In this document: in pieces, positions 25,584 through 35,116 of the stretch
How the letters are laid out: each line of letters opens with the position of its first letter
Numbering within the stretch: position 1 is the stretch's first letter
DNA from: a virus
Taxonomy: Duplodnaviria > Caudoviricetes
Strand: one strand, 5' to 3'
DNA: 35,116 bases
Virus record (IMG/VR): IMGVR_UViG_3300020045_002986
Span: 1 to 35,116 of that record
Program-made: the position numbers and the translations under genes
Notes under the pieces: generated by a model
The model's input: only the letters and a program-made list of their open reading frames with translations
Told to the model about the DNA's origin: nothing
Databases searched by the model: none

Positions 25584-28300
25584 TGGCAAACATAATAGAC
25601 ATTGTAGTAGGTAAGCAAGCGCAAGCCGAAGTAGATAAATTAATTGCGTCTTTAAAACTTACACACGAAGAAATTATTAAAATTAACCAACAAGGGTTAA
25701 AAATTAATAGCGGTGCAAGTCCTAAAAACCCACAACAGATGAACACTTCTGTTAAGGAAACTATTGCTTTAAATGAAAAGTTAGAAGCTACTAATAAGAA
25801 ATTGTTAGTTACTGCTAAACAAATGGAGCAACAATCTATTAAAGAAAGTAACGCTCGTAATTCATTAAATAATCAACGTGAAAGAAGTTTAAATCAATTA
25901 GCAAAAGAACAACAAAAAATTGATCAATTAAGTAATTATTATAATAAAACACAACAACAATTAAATACAATACAACAAGCCTATAACAATCTTGCAGTAA
26001 AAAAAGAACGTTATAATAATTTATCAAGTTTCGAAGAAAACAGATTAAAGACACTTCAAATGTTAACTGAAAAGTACAACGGAACACTAAAAACAGTTGA
26101 TGCTACAATAGGCAAACACACACGTAATGTTGGTAATTATGCAGGTTCTTTTAATCCTTTAAACAACTCAATTGCTCAATTAGGGCGAGAAATGCCAGCC
26201 TTTGCTAATTCGGTTCAAACTGGTTTTATGGCGATTTCAAATAACTTGCCTATTTTCTTTGACGCAATGCAAGGTGTTATAAACCAAAATAAAGAATTAC
26301 AAGCACAAGGGAAACCAACCACATCAGCATTAATGCAATTAGCAAGTGCTTTTTTTAGTTTTCAAACATTGTTAAGCATTGGTGTTACTTTATTAACTGT
26401 TTACGGAAAAGAAATTGTTAATTTTATTACTGGCTCGGAATCTAAAAAGAAAGCTATCGAAGCTGAAAAGAAAGCATTAGAAGAAAAACAAAAAGCAGAA
26501 GAACAAGCAAGACAAACAACTGCAAGTTATCAATCTGATGAATTAAGCAAAAGTAAATTGTTATTTGAGAACGCTAAAAATTTAAGTTTATCTTATAAAG
26601 ATAGGTTAAAAGCAGTAACGGAATTAAAAAATCGTTATCCAGAATATTTAAAAAACTTATCTAATGAACAAATATTAGCTGGACAAACTGCAGATGCTGA
26701 AGAAAGACTAAATACGGCTTTAATTGGTAGAGGTTACGCTTTAGCTGCACAACAATTGTTACAAACAAATATTGAAAAAGAATTAGCTTTACGATTGAAA
26801 AATGCTACTAATGAAGAAAAATTATTAGCCGACCAACAAGAAATGTTTAAAAGAGGTGCTAACGATATAATTGTTTATACCGATAGAAAAAAACAAGCAG
26901 AACAACAAAAAGAATCTTTTGCAAAACAAGCAAGAAAAGCACAAAGCGACGCTTATAGAGAACAAGTTAGAGAATTAAGAGGGGAAAGAGAAGCTATAAT
27001 GTTGCAATACAATGAATATGCTAAATATTTAGGCGCAGTAAATGAAACGACAGAAGCAAAAGGAAAACTTAAAAAAGTAAATGAGGAATTAGCTAAATTT
27101 GGTACTGAAGAATGGTTACAAAATGAGATTTCAAGGCTTGAGGAAGTAAGAAGTAAAACTCAAACAACATCTGAAGGATATAGAGAAATTGGCGGCGCAA
27201 TTGCTTATTATTCTAAATGGTTAGAAACATTAACAGGAGTACAAAAAAAATCAAATGATGAAACTGCAAAAGTATCTAAATATGGTACTATTGAATATTA
27301 CGAGGGATTAATATCAGCATTAAGAGAACAACAACAAGCACAAGTAGATAATAACCAAGAATTTGCAAAGATTGAAAGCCAAATTAAATTTTATGATGAT
27401 TTAATAAAAGGAATAAAGGGAGTTTCAGACGCAACAGAAGAAGCAACTGAAAAAAACAATGCTTACTTTGAAAGCTTTATAGATACTTTTTCTTCAAATA
27501 GTGGGTTTAGTAAATTATTAGATATTGCAAGGGGGAATATTGAAGACTTTGGCAAAGACGCAAAAACAACTGCATTGGCAATAAGTGAAGCTTTTCAAGA
27601 AGCTTTTAATACGATTTCTGAAAGCAGTCAAGCTAATTTTGATGCTGAGTATTCAAGACTTGAAAGACAAAAAGAAGTAGCTTTAATGTTTGCTGGAGAT
27701 AGCGCAACGGCTAAAGAAGAAATAGAAAGACAAGCAGAAGAAAGACGTAAACAAATTGCACGCAGAGAGGCAGAAGCTCAAAAAAGGTTAGCTATTTTTA
27801 ATATAGTTACAAATACTGCTCAAGCTATTTTAGCAACATACGCAAAATTAGGTTTTCCAGTTGGTGTGCCAGCAAGTATAGCAATGGGTGTAATCGGTGC
27901 GGCTCAGGTCGCAATGGTATCGAGCCAACAAATACCAGCATTTTGGAAAGGAACGGATAATGCGCCAGAAGGTTTGGCATGGACACAAGAGAAAGGCGCT
28001 GAGGTTATTACTGATAAAAAAGGAAACATTAAAACAATGGGTAATAACAAAGGGGCGCAACTTACTTACCTTGAAAAAGGAGACAAGGTTTATAAATCTC
28101 AACAAGATTATATTAATAAAACTTTAGTTAATTCAGGAATACAACCAATGCGAGAAAATAACTCGTTAACAAGTTCGGATTTTAACAATGGAATTAGTAA
28201 ATTAGCCAAAACAATGCAAAGCAATAAAGGAAGCAATACGCAAGTGTTTTTAAATAATAAGCAAATTAATACGGATTACTTTAAAGGACAACGAGTATAA
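25583..28300 (+). CDS. Tape measure protein
   Basis: 905 aa helical, Ala/Gln/Glu/Lys-rich; RNVGNY, hydrophobic segments, PAFWKGT...EKGAEVI. Confidence 0.9.
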   Translation: MANIIDIVVGKQAQAEVDKLIASLKLTHEEIIKINQQGLKINSGASPKNPQQMNTSVKETIALNEKLEATNKKLLVTAKQMEQQSIKESNARNSLNNQRERSLNQLAKEQQKIDQLSNYYNKTQQQLNTIQQAYNNLAVKKERYNNLSSFEENRLKTLQMLTEKYNGTLKTVDATIGKHTRNVGNYAGSFNPLNNSIAQLGREMPAFANSVQTGFMAISNNLPIFFDAMQGVINQNKELQAQGKPTTSALMQLASAFFSFQTLLSIGVTLLTVYGKEIVNFITGSESKKKAIEAEKKALEEKQKAEEQARQTTASYQSDELSKSKLLFENAKNLSLSYKDRLKAVTELKNRYPEYLKNLSNEQILAGQTADAEERLNTALIGRGYALAAQQLLQTNIEKELALRLKNATNEEKLLADQQEMFKRGANDIIVYTDRKKQAEQQKESFAKQARKAQSDAYREQVRELRGEREAIMLQYNEYAKYLGAVNETTEAKGKLKKVNEELAKFGTEEWLQNEISRLEEVRSKTQTTSEGYREIGGAIAYYSKWLETLTGVQKKSNDETAKVSKYGTIEYYEGLISALREQQQAQVDNNQEFAKIESQIKFYDDLIKGIKGVSDATEEATEKNNAYFESFIDTFSSNSGFSKLLDIARGNIEDFGKDAKTTALAISEAFQEAFNTISESSQANFDAEYSRLERQKEVALMFAGDSATAKEEIERQAEERRKQIARREAEAQKRLAIFNIVTNTAQAILATYAKLGFPVGVPASIAMGVIGAAQVAMVSSQQIPAFWKGTDNAPEGLAWTQEKGAEVITDKKGNIKTMGNNKGAQLTYLEKGDKVYKSQQDYINKTLVNSGIQPMRENNSLTSSDFNNGISKLAKTMQSNKGSNTQVFLNNKQINTDYFKGQRV

Positions 28301-31005
28301 TGGAAAATAGCCAAATAGAAACAAATTCTTTTCGACACTTCTTATTGATTAGAGGTGTCGAAACTGAAATTATAGAACCAGATAATTTTGACCAATCAAA
28401 TTTTAAGGTTGTTCAAGATGATATTGCAAGAGATACTTATTTTGGAAACGAAGAAAGTCAGTTGGAATTTGCTATTAATTATGGTATTCCTACTGGTTCT
28501 TATATGAATAACGACGGTGTTTTAATTAGTCATTTACAAAGTGGTGTTGAATTACTAATTGAAGAAAATAAAAACTACGGAAATGAAGCTGATGTAAAAT
28601 ACATACTAAAAAAGAACGGTGTTAGCTTTACAACTGGTAATGTAGATTTCAACAAAGACTTCGACACAGATAACGAAACTTATGTTAAGTGCAGGGTTAT
28701 TCAGAATACTAACCAAGCGTTAATTAAAAAGAGTGAGGATATAATTATTGATTTATTAGCTACTAAGGATTTAGACGACAACACAATTGAACCAATTTCT
28801 GTGCAAAGAATGTTTTTAAAGGCTAAACCTTTATATCAAGTTAGTAAATTCAAAGGAAATGGAACTCCGGCTGCTGGTATTGCTCAATTTTTATCTTCTT
28901 ATGGGTTTTTAAATCAAACACCAGCAAACACTTTAAGTTTTTCTGGCGCTAACAATGGTAATGTAGTTGAAGAATATGACGAAAGTACTTTAGGATATAT
29001 TAGCCCTGAGTTCGCTATTGATTTTAACGGTACATTAAATGCTGAAAATTTTACTTACATACAAGCTAATGAAGAGTTAAGTAATGTAAATATTAAAATA
29101 ACAGATTTAGTTGCGTTCACTTCTCAAAATAAACAAAATTTCTTTTCTTCTAATGTGTTAAGTGGAAATGGTAGAGTACGTTTAGTAGTTAGAGTTGGAA
29201 TTGATGTAAATACTTTTACAGAATATATTTTATACGAAAAGGTTTTCGGATTTGTAGACAGCACACCTATTGAGTATTTGCCAACTAATTTTAGTTTAAA
29301 TATCCCTTTTATTAGAAAAGGAGAACGTGTTTATATTTATTTACAACCACACGTTGAAAATGTGTCTTTTGATAATGTTATAAGTCCTTTAGCTTATTAT
29401 AGAGTTCGTGCCGTTATGAATGATATTAAAATAGAAATTAACGGAACGGCTACGGCTATAAGCTCAGTAATTAACGCAGTACGTTGGATTGATTTAATTA
29501 AACAAAACTATAAAGCAATAGGGAGTTTACCGGTAAATGCATCTAAATACGATGTAGGTGGTGAATTTTACGATAACTTTTTATTCACAAAAAATCTAAT
29601 AAAACAAGATTTAACTAAGCCTTTTTATTTAAAGTTAAAAGACACTAAAGAACATTTATTAGAGCAATGCGCATACGCTCAAATAAATGATAACGAAATT
29701 TATATAGGTCAATATGAAGACTTTTATACGAATAACGATTTAGGTGGGTTTTTAGAAGTTCCAGACTATGAAGCAAACTTAACTAAAAACCCTAAATATT
29801 TAGTAAATAACTTTGTATTTGTTTATGAGAAATATGAGCAAGATAGAACTGAAAAAAATACTTCAGACGCAATACACACTAATAGTGAATGGTATCCGCA
29901 AGCAATAAACTCAATCAATAAAAAAGATTTTAAATTACCTTTTATACGTGATCCGTTTATTACAGAAGTAGCTCGTAAAATGATATTTTCAATTAATAAA
30001 AACTCATCTAGTGATGATGATAATATATTTATTGCAGATGTTACTTTATTACCACCAAACTCAAGAAATAAATTTACACGTTTATTAACTTGGAGTGCAA
30101 ACGGAACAGAAGGAACGACTAAAATACTATCAGATAATTCATTTAGTTGGACACAACTTGGTTTTAATATTGGAGATACAATTATTGAAAGTGGAGTTGA
30201 TAGGGTTGTATTAGATATAACGCCTTCTATGATAACATTGTCTTTTGTTGGTGGTATTGCAACAGGAACAAATTTTTTAACTTTTGATTATCCTTTAACA
30301 AATGTACTTTATACAAACAGAACAAGTGAGGGATTAATATTTGCAAATAATTTACGTAATTCAGAAAACTTCGGAAACTTAAGATATTCAATAAAAAGAA
30401 ATATAAAACATTGGTTTGCGGTATTAGCTACTTATGGTAAATTTATCCCATTAAAGAAAATAAAAAATACTTATTTTAAATCAAATGGGGAATGTACAAC
30501 ACAATTTTTAGGAGAAGAAGAACCAATAAAAGAAAATGAAGATATTTTAATAAGTGATATTGCTGATAAAAAAATAATTTCTCAGGACATTTACAAAACT
30601 AAAGTAAGATGTGGATTTGAGCAAGCGGTACAATTATTAAATGATATTCAAAATGTACGTGGATTTATTAGAGTTCAAAATCCAAGTGGTGGGATAATTA
30701 AAGGATATATAAAAGAGGGTGATAATCTTTGGGCAAATGAGGAACTTGCTTTAGAGTTAGAAGTTAAAAATGAAAGCGATTTTTTAAACGTAACTTTTAG
30801 TGATGGAATACTTTATATTAACGAGGTTGGATATACTGAAAAAACAGCAACTATAAAAAATTACAATATTTTTAACGATTTTATACAATTCTTTGATATA
30901 AATTCAATAAATTTGTGTAATCGAACAAAATTCGATAAGGTTGCAGTAAATGGCATAACTTATGACAATATTGATAACCTTGTAAATGCTATTGAAGCCC
31001 TATGA
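28300..31005 (+). CDS. Large tail tip/hub protein
   Basis: 901 aa beta-rich protein directly after the tape measure gene. Confidence 0.6.
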   Translation: MENSQIETNSFRHFLLIRGVETEIIEPDNFDQSNFKVVQDDIARDTYFGNEESQLEFAINYGIPTGSYMNNDGVLISHLQSGVELLIEENKNYGNEADVKYILKKNGVSFTTGNVDFNKDFDTDNETYVKCRVIQNTNQALIKKSEDIIIDLLATKDLDDNTIEPISVQRMFLKAKPLYQVSKFKGNGTPAAGIAQFLSSYGFLNQTPANTLSFSGANNGNVVEEYDESTLGYISPEFAIDFNGTLNAENFTYIQANEELSNVNIKITDLVAFTSQNKQNFFSSNVLSGNGRVRLVVRVGIDVNTFTEYILYEKVFGFVDSTPIEYLPTNFSLNIPFIRKGERVYIYLQPHVENVSFDNVISPLAYYRVRAVMNDIKIEINGTATAISSVINAVRWIDLIKQNYKAIGSLPVNASKYDVGGEFYDNFLFTKNLIKQDLTKPFYLKLKDTKEHLLEQCAYAQINDNEIYIGQYEDFYTNNDLGGFLEVPDYEANLTKNPKYLVNNFVFVYEKYEQDRTEKNTSDAIHTNSEWYPQAINSINKKDFKLPFIRDPFITEVARKMIFSINKNSSSDDDNIFIADVTLLPPNSRNKFTRLLTWSANGTEGTTKILSDNSFSWTQLGFNIGDTIIESGVDRVVLDITPSMITLSFVGGIATGTNFLTFDYPLTNVLYTNRTSEGLIFANNLRNSENFGNLRYSIKRNIKHWFAVLATYGKFIPLKKIKNTYFKSNGECTTQFLGEEEPIKENEDILISDIADKKIISQDIYKTKVRCGFEQAVQLLNDIQNVRGFIRVQNPSGGIIKGYIKEGDNLWANEELALELEVKNESDFLNVTFSDGILYINEVGYTEKTATIKNYNIFNDFIQFFDINSINLCNRTKFDKVAVNGITYDNIDNLVNAIEAL

Positions 31006-32150
31006 ATTTAGATACATTAGACAAATCTTTTTTGCGTTTAGTTACTGATTTTTCAGTAGCTAAGGGTGAAATGATGGATACGAGTCAATACGTTTATAAA
31101 GACGTTATTGTTATTTCTCCAAACGAAATATACACACAAATAAGTAATAGTTTAACCGATATTGCCTTTGACGACAGTTATATAGTTGAGTTAGTGGACT
31201 GTGGCGACAACGTAATATCGGATATTACTTCTAAGGTTTTTATTAATGAGTTCCAAGATATTAAAGGAATTTATCAAATAGCTTTTGAAGTAGCACCAAT
31301 TGAGGTTGATTATTACTTTAAACGATTATTCTTTAGATTTACACATACTGGCTCAGATTTAATAGTATGGAGCAATCCTTTTATATTAACTGATAACGTA
31401 CAAACTGTAAGAATTGATTATAAAAATTATTCTTATTATCAAGGCATAAGCTACGATAGAGCAAACATTTACCAATCTATTCGTATTGCATGTTACTATA
31501 ATCTACCAAGCACAAAAGAAACTACAAAAATATATACTCAATTAAACGGAGATATTAGAAGAAGTCGAACTACTCAAGCAATAGAATATGCTTATAATAT
31601 CGATGCGATTGATACGTTTACTTTTGATAGATTAAGCAATGCGTTAAATAGTGATTTAGTTTATATTAATGGAGTTCGTTTCAAAGTATCTGAGAATGTT
31701 CAAAGCGATGAAAGACAAGGTTTAACAAATCAATTTGCGACTTTATTTAAAGGACAATTTGAAGCAAAAGAGACTTATACCGCAGAGTATCAAATTGCGC
31801 CTGCTTTTGTTGTTACAAGTTTAATTCCAAGTGGTTTATATACATTAGACACTTTTCCAACAGTTGCAATTGCTGAGTTTAATAAAATGTACACGGGATT
31901 ATCAAATATTAATATTTATGATTTCGATACTGATGAACTTTTATACGAGAATTTAACTCCTACATTATTTGATTATAGCTTTAACGCTGTTTTACCTAGT
32001 TTACCATTAGGTAATTACTATATGACATTTACGGCTATTTCAGAATTAGGACAAACTTTAACTTTAGTAAAAGGAGATTGGACTTTTAGTATTGCGGTGG
32101 GGGATTTTTCAGTATCAGACTTTAACACAACAGATTATTTCACAAATTAA
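31002..32150 (+). CDS. Tail structural protein
   Basis: Synteny; acidic, beta-rich. Confidence 0.55.
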   Translation: MNLDTLDKSFLRLVTDFSVAKGEMMDTSQYVYKDVIVISPNEIYTQISNSLTDIAFDDSYIVELVDCGDNVISDITSKVFINEFQDIKGIYQIAFEVAPIEVDYYFKRLFFRFTHTGSDLIVWSNPFILTDNVQTVRIDYKNYSYYQGISYDRANIYQSIRIACYYNLPSTKETTKIYTQLNGDIRRSRTTQAIEYAYNIDAIDTFTFDRLSNALNSDLVYINGVRFKVSENVQSDERQGLTNQFATLFKGQFEAKETYTAEYQIAPAFVVTSLIPSGLYTLDTFPTVAIAEFNKMYTGLSNINIYDFDTDELLYENLTPTLFDYSFNAVLPSLPLGNYYMTFTAISELGQTLTLVKGDWTFSIAVGDFSVSDFNTTDYFTN

Positions 32151-32162
32151 AAACATAACCAA

Positions 32163-32615
32163 ATGAGTATAAAATCAGTAATACAAGCATTAATAAACGT
32201 AAACTTAGCAAGTGGAACGGATATTACAGCAACAGAATTAAGAGTTGTTCAAGATTTAATATTATTAAATTCTTACGGAACAATTATAAACGAGAAAGAA
32301 ACAACTGTTTCAAAAGTTATTACAGCCGCCAATCCAAGTGCGTCAATTCAATATGATGTCGATTTCGTTAAGCAAGGGCGAACTGTTACTATGAACGGTT
32401 TTATTAGAAATGATAGTGACTTTTTAGAAAACACAACTTTTTTAGAAATAGTATCAGCAGAATATTTACCCGCACAAGTGCCAGGAGACAATTATGTAGG
32501 TAATTCTATTGGTGGTTATGATATTTATTTATTAGATGTTGATAACTGCATTTACGCAACTGTTCCAGCAAATACAACAGTTCAATTTTCATTAACGTAT
32601 AACACTTTAAATTAA
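32163..32615 (+). CDS. Tail fibre-like structural protein
   Basis: ITATELR N-terminus; KQGRTVTMNG..EYLPA resembles a siphophage fibre head domain. Confidence 0.5.
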   Translation: MSIKSVIQALINVNLASGTDITATELRVVQDLILLNSYGTIINEKETTVSKVITAANPSASIQYDVDFVKQGRTVTMNGFIRNDSDFLENTTFLEIVSAEYLPAQVPGDNYVGNSIGGYDIYLLDVDNCIYATVPANTTVQFSLTYNTLN

Positions 32616-32619
32616 TAAT

Positions 32620-33651
32620 ATGGTAATTACAGCACCTTATATACAAACATTATCAACTGAATACTCAGACAATTTACTAACTTATAATAGTACTTTTAAT
32701 GACATTTTAGTTTGGAATATTACTTCTGGAACTGGAACTGTTACACACGACCAGTCTGTAATGTTTCAAGGGAAATCTTTAAAGATTGAGTCTTTAGATA
32801 ATACGCTTTTAACATTTAATACAGTTTCAGATTTAGGATTTACAGCCGAAAGCGATGGTAGATATATATTTTCTTTTAGGGTTATGTGTAAATTATCTAC
32901 TGGAGACGATCCAAGCGTTTTTGTAAACTTATTTAAAAATGGTGTTGCATTTAATCAATTGCAAGCATTTGTAACCGAAGCCCCTTTAAATAATTGGAAT
33001 TGTTTCGCTCAATCATTTGATTTAAATGAAGGAGACGTTATTACTTACACATTATCTTACCAATCAGGAACGCCAGACTCAAATATAGTTTGGTTAGATG
33101 GTTTAAAATGCGAATTAGACGATAGACATTTAGGAACTCCAACGGCTTGGAGTATGCCTTTGGATTTTTATACAAATCCTTATACTGGTTGGGCGTATTA
33201 TGTAGATAGTTTAGTGACACCAACTATTACAATAGGAACAACTTATACGCAAATTTCAATCGATGCTTTAGGAGCAACTATTAGCGATTATTTACCATTA
33301 GAGATTAGAGGTAATTATGAATTATGGGCGGGTTCTAAAATAACACCAATTTCAATTGGAGACGATTATGATGGCAGATTTGATGTAACTATCACAGCTA
33401 AAACAGGTTCGCCTACAGCTATTGAGTTAATCATTGATATTAGCGGTGGTGTCGCTGGAACAAATAAAGCTTTTACTGGTTGGCTTCAAGCAATTGGAAC
33501 TGCTCCTTATGACCAAAGTATGCCTTTAGATTTTTTCGGATTAGCAACTTTTAAGGCTAATGGTGGTAAGATTTACGCAAGAACAGACACTGGAACGGTT
33601 ACAATAGGAAGAAGAAATATTAAGATTTCAAGAAAATCAAAAGCTTTTTAA
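32620..33651 (+). CDS. Tail protein with carbohydrate-binding-module-like domain
   Basis: NLLTYNSTF..W...GKSLKI...VWLDGLKCE jelly-roll (CBM4/9-like) pattern. Confidence 0.5.
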   Translation: MVITAPYIQTLSTEYSDNLLTYNSTFNDILVWNITSGTGTVTHDQSVMFQGKSLKIESLDNTLLTFNTVSDLGFTAESDGRYIFSFRVMCKLSTGDDPSVFVNLFKNGVAFNQLQAFVTEAPLNNWNCFAQSFDLNEGDVITYTLSYQSGTPDSNIVWLDGLKCELDDRHLGTPTAWSMPLDFYTNPYTGWAYYVDSLVTPTITIGTTYTQISIDALGATISDYLPLEIRGNYELWAGSKITPISIGDDYDGRFDVTITAKTGSPTAIELIIDISGGVAGTNKAFTGWLQAIGTAPYDQSMPLDFFGLATFKANGGKIYARTDTGTVTIGRRNIKISRKSKAF

Positions 33652-33652
33652 T

Positions 33653-34495
33653 ATGAGTACTTTACAAATTAGAAAATTAGAAAGCGGAACTTTTAAGCAC
33701 GTCGATAGCATTGATGGTGAGTTCTTTTTAGGCAGGTTCAATTTCAAACAAGAACTTACCAAAGCTTTTTTAGTTGAGGCTTATGGCGCAAAGCGTAGAG
33801 AATATGTTATTGGAGATATTTCAGTATATGATTATTTAGGAGCTGAGGAATTATTTACTAATTTCACTGATTTAGAAAATAGACTTACAGAATTAGGATA
33901 TACAGGGATTGAAACGAATGGGGTTATTCCAACGGCTTCTAGTTATATTAGTAGTGATGTTGATAATGCTATAGTTTTAGGAACTGATAATAAGTTATTT
34001 GCGCCTGTTAGTGGCGGTGGTGGTTCTTCTGAGATTATTTTAAATTATCAATCAGGAACAGCTATCTCTTTAGGAACAACAGAAAGAGTAGCGAGTACAA
34101 CAGGTATAAACGCAGTTTCTTTTTCTGAGAATGTTACTAAATCTGGTTCTTTATTGACTGGTCCATTTTATATGTTAACTCAAAATGTTACTAAAACAGG
34201 AACGATTTCAAAATTAAGATATAGATATTTTCCAGACAGTACAGATTTGTCAATCGAGTTGAGAGTTTACGCATTTAAGCAAAATAAAGACTCAACAAGT
34301 ATTTACGATTGTAGATTATTATTAGAAGAAACTTTAACAGCGACTACCGCATATACAGTTCAGAAGTTTGAGTTTTTAACGGCTGATTTTTTAGATGCCA
34401 ATATGATTGATGGTGAATTTTTAGCAATCACTTGTAAAAAAGTAGGTGCTGCTTCTTACACTTTACTGTCTCAAAACTTAACAATTATATACTAA
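33653..34495 (+). CDS. Tail fibre/receptor-binding-like protein
   Basis: SSDVDNAIVLGTDNKLF fibre motif, GGGGSS linker, C-terminal beta domain. Confidence 0.5.
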   Translation: MSTLQIRKLESGTFKHVDSIDGEFFLGRFNFKQELTKAFLVEAYGAKRREYVIGDISVYDYLGAEELFTNFTDLENRLTELGYTGIETNGVIPTASSYISSDVDNAIVLGTDNKLFAPVSGGGGSSEIILNYQSGTAISLGTTERVASTTGINAVSFSENVTKSGSLLTGPFYMLTQNVTKTGTISKLRYRYFPDSTDLSIELRVYAFKQNKDSTSIYDCRLLLEETLTATTAYTVQKFEFLTADFLDANMIDGEFLAITCKKVGAASYTLLSQNLTIIY

Positions 34496-34896
34496 TGATA
34501 AAATACATTATAAATACAGATAATTCTTTTGGTGGTGCGTTTAGTAATTTAGCCGAAGGGATTAATTATACAGAATTAGAGCCGAAGAAAAGTACTGATA
34601 TTTGGAACGGTTCGGAGTGGGTGGATAATACGCCTATTGAAGTACCGCAACAACTATCTCGTATGAAATTCATTATACAAGTATTTATCACAACAGGTAT
34701 AAGATACGAAGATATTGTTTTGTTTATTCAAAACTTAACTTTTGACGAAGCGCAAAAATATGTAATTTTAACACGTTTAAGAAGCGCAACTCATTTTGAT
34801 AGAAACTCTAGCGACTTGCTTACAATTGCGAGTATGATGGGTATTTCTTCAGAGCAATTAGATAGTATTTTTATTAACGGAAATTTGATTGAATAG
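34495..34896 (+). CDS. Tail fibre assembly-like protein
   Basis: WNGSEWV...VPQQLSRMKF...ATHFDRNS...MGISSEQLDSIF. Confidence 0.5.
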   Translation: MIKYIINTDNSFGGAFSNLAEGINYTELEPKKSTDIWNGSEWVDNTPIEVPQQLSRMKFIIQVFITTGIRYEDIVLFIQNLTFDEAQKYVILTRLRSATHFDRNSSDLLTIASMMGISSEQLDSIFINGNLIE

Positions 34897-35116
34897 ATGG
34901 GGATTATACTTTACATTATAGCCTACTTACTGTTTTTACCTTTAACTGTTTTTAATGCTTTAAACGTAAAGAAAAAAGGTTATTTCAAAGACACTGCAAT
35001 TAATTTAGATAGGTTTGGAAATAGAGAGTTTAGATTTAGTTTAAACAAATATTTGATCCTTGAAAAGTCGCCTGATAGGTTCGGAAGTATCGAAGAAACA
35101 ATTTCTTCAGTATTAG
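34897..35116 (+). CDS. Hypothetical membrane-anchored protein, truncated by the window end
   Basis: Manually read MGIILYIIAYLLFLPLTV...AINLDRFGN...EETISSVL. Confidence 0.65.
   Translation, partial: MGIILYIIAYLLFLPLTVFNALNVKKKGYFKDTAINLDRFGNREFRFSLNKYLILEKSPDRFGSIEETISSVL

Noticed and set aside
126-33223. Shadow ORFs in the track (126-317, 1453-1653, 2090-2287, 5620-5832, 7931-8134, 10714-10917, 12005-12211, 12952-13149, 17058-17456, 21342-21545, 24089-24376, 25522-25746, 25839-26087, 27848-28105, 27897-28127, 33041-33223)
   Set aside because: They lie antisense to or within well-supported genes and show no recognisable motifs
1-35116. Integrase, diversity-generating retroelement, stop-codon recoding
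   Set aside because: No recombinase or reverse transcriptase motifs seen, no template/variable repeat pair noticed, and genes tile densely under the standard code

Overview
Most of a very AT-rich tailed-phage genome (siphovirus-like, HK97-fold capsid), probably infecting Flavobacterium or a related Bacteroidota host. Evidence for the host: TTG-N19/20-TAnnTTTG promoters, A-rich start regions without Shine-Dalgarno sequences, a DUF3127-type SSB and a Flavobacterium-type secreted protein. Gene order: end of the late/lysis region (metallophosphoesterase, u-spanin-like protein), a short leftward operon with an HTH regulator, divergent promoters, early/recombination genes (ERF, SSB-like, DUF1367, NUMOD4-HNH, NinG), replication genes (DUF1376-like initiator with iteron-like repeats, AAA helicase), two DNA methyltransferases, TerS/TerL, portal, protease, capsid, head-tail and tail genes, then a truncated ORF. 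No integrase, endolysin, tRNA, CRISPR array or reverse transcriptase was recognised. Two non-coding systems stand out. (1) Four promoter-proximal leaders (6461-6578, 8494-8592, 9813-9957, 13644-13762) share a two-hairpin fold whose loops are perfectly complementary within each copy but differ between copies (orthogonal kissing loops). (2) An integron-like array of attC-like sites at 2495-3171 has cassette ends that are complementary as in integron cassettes, and ORFs are encoded through the recombination arms. All product calls come from motif recognition by eye, not database searches.
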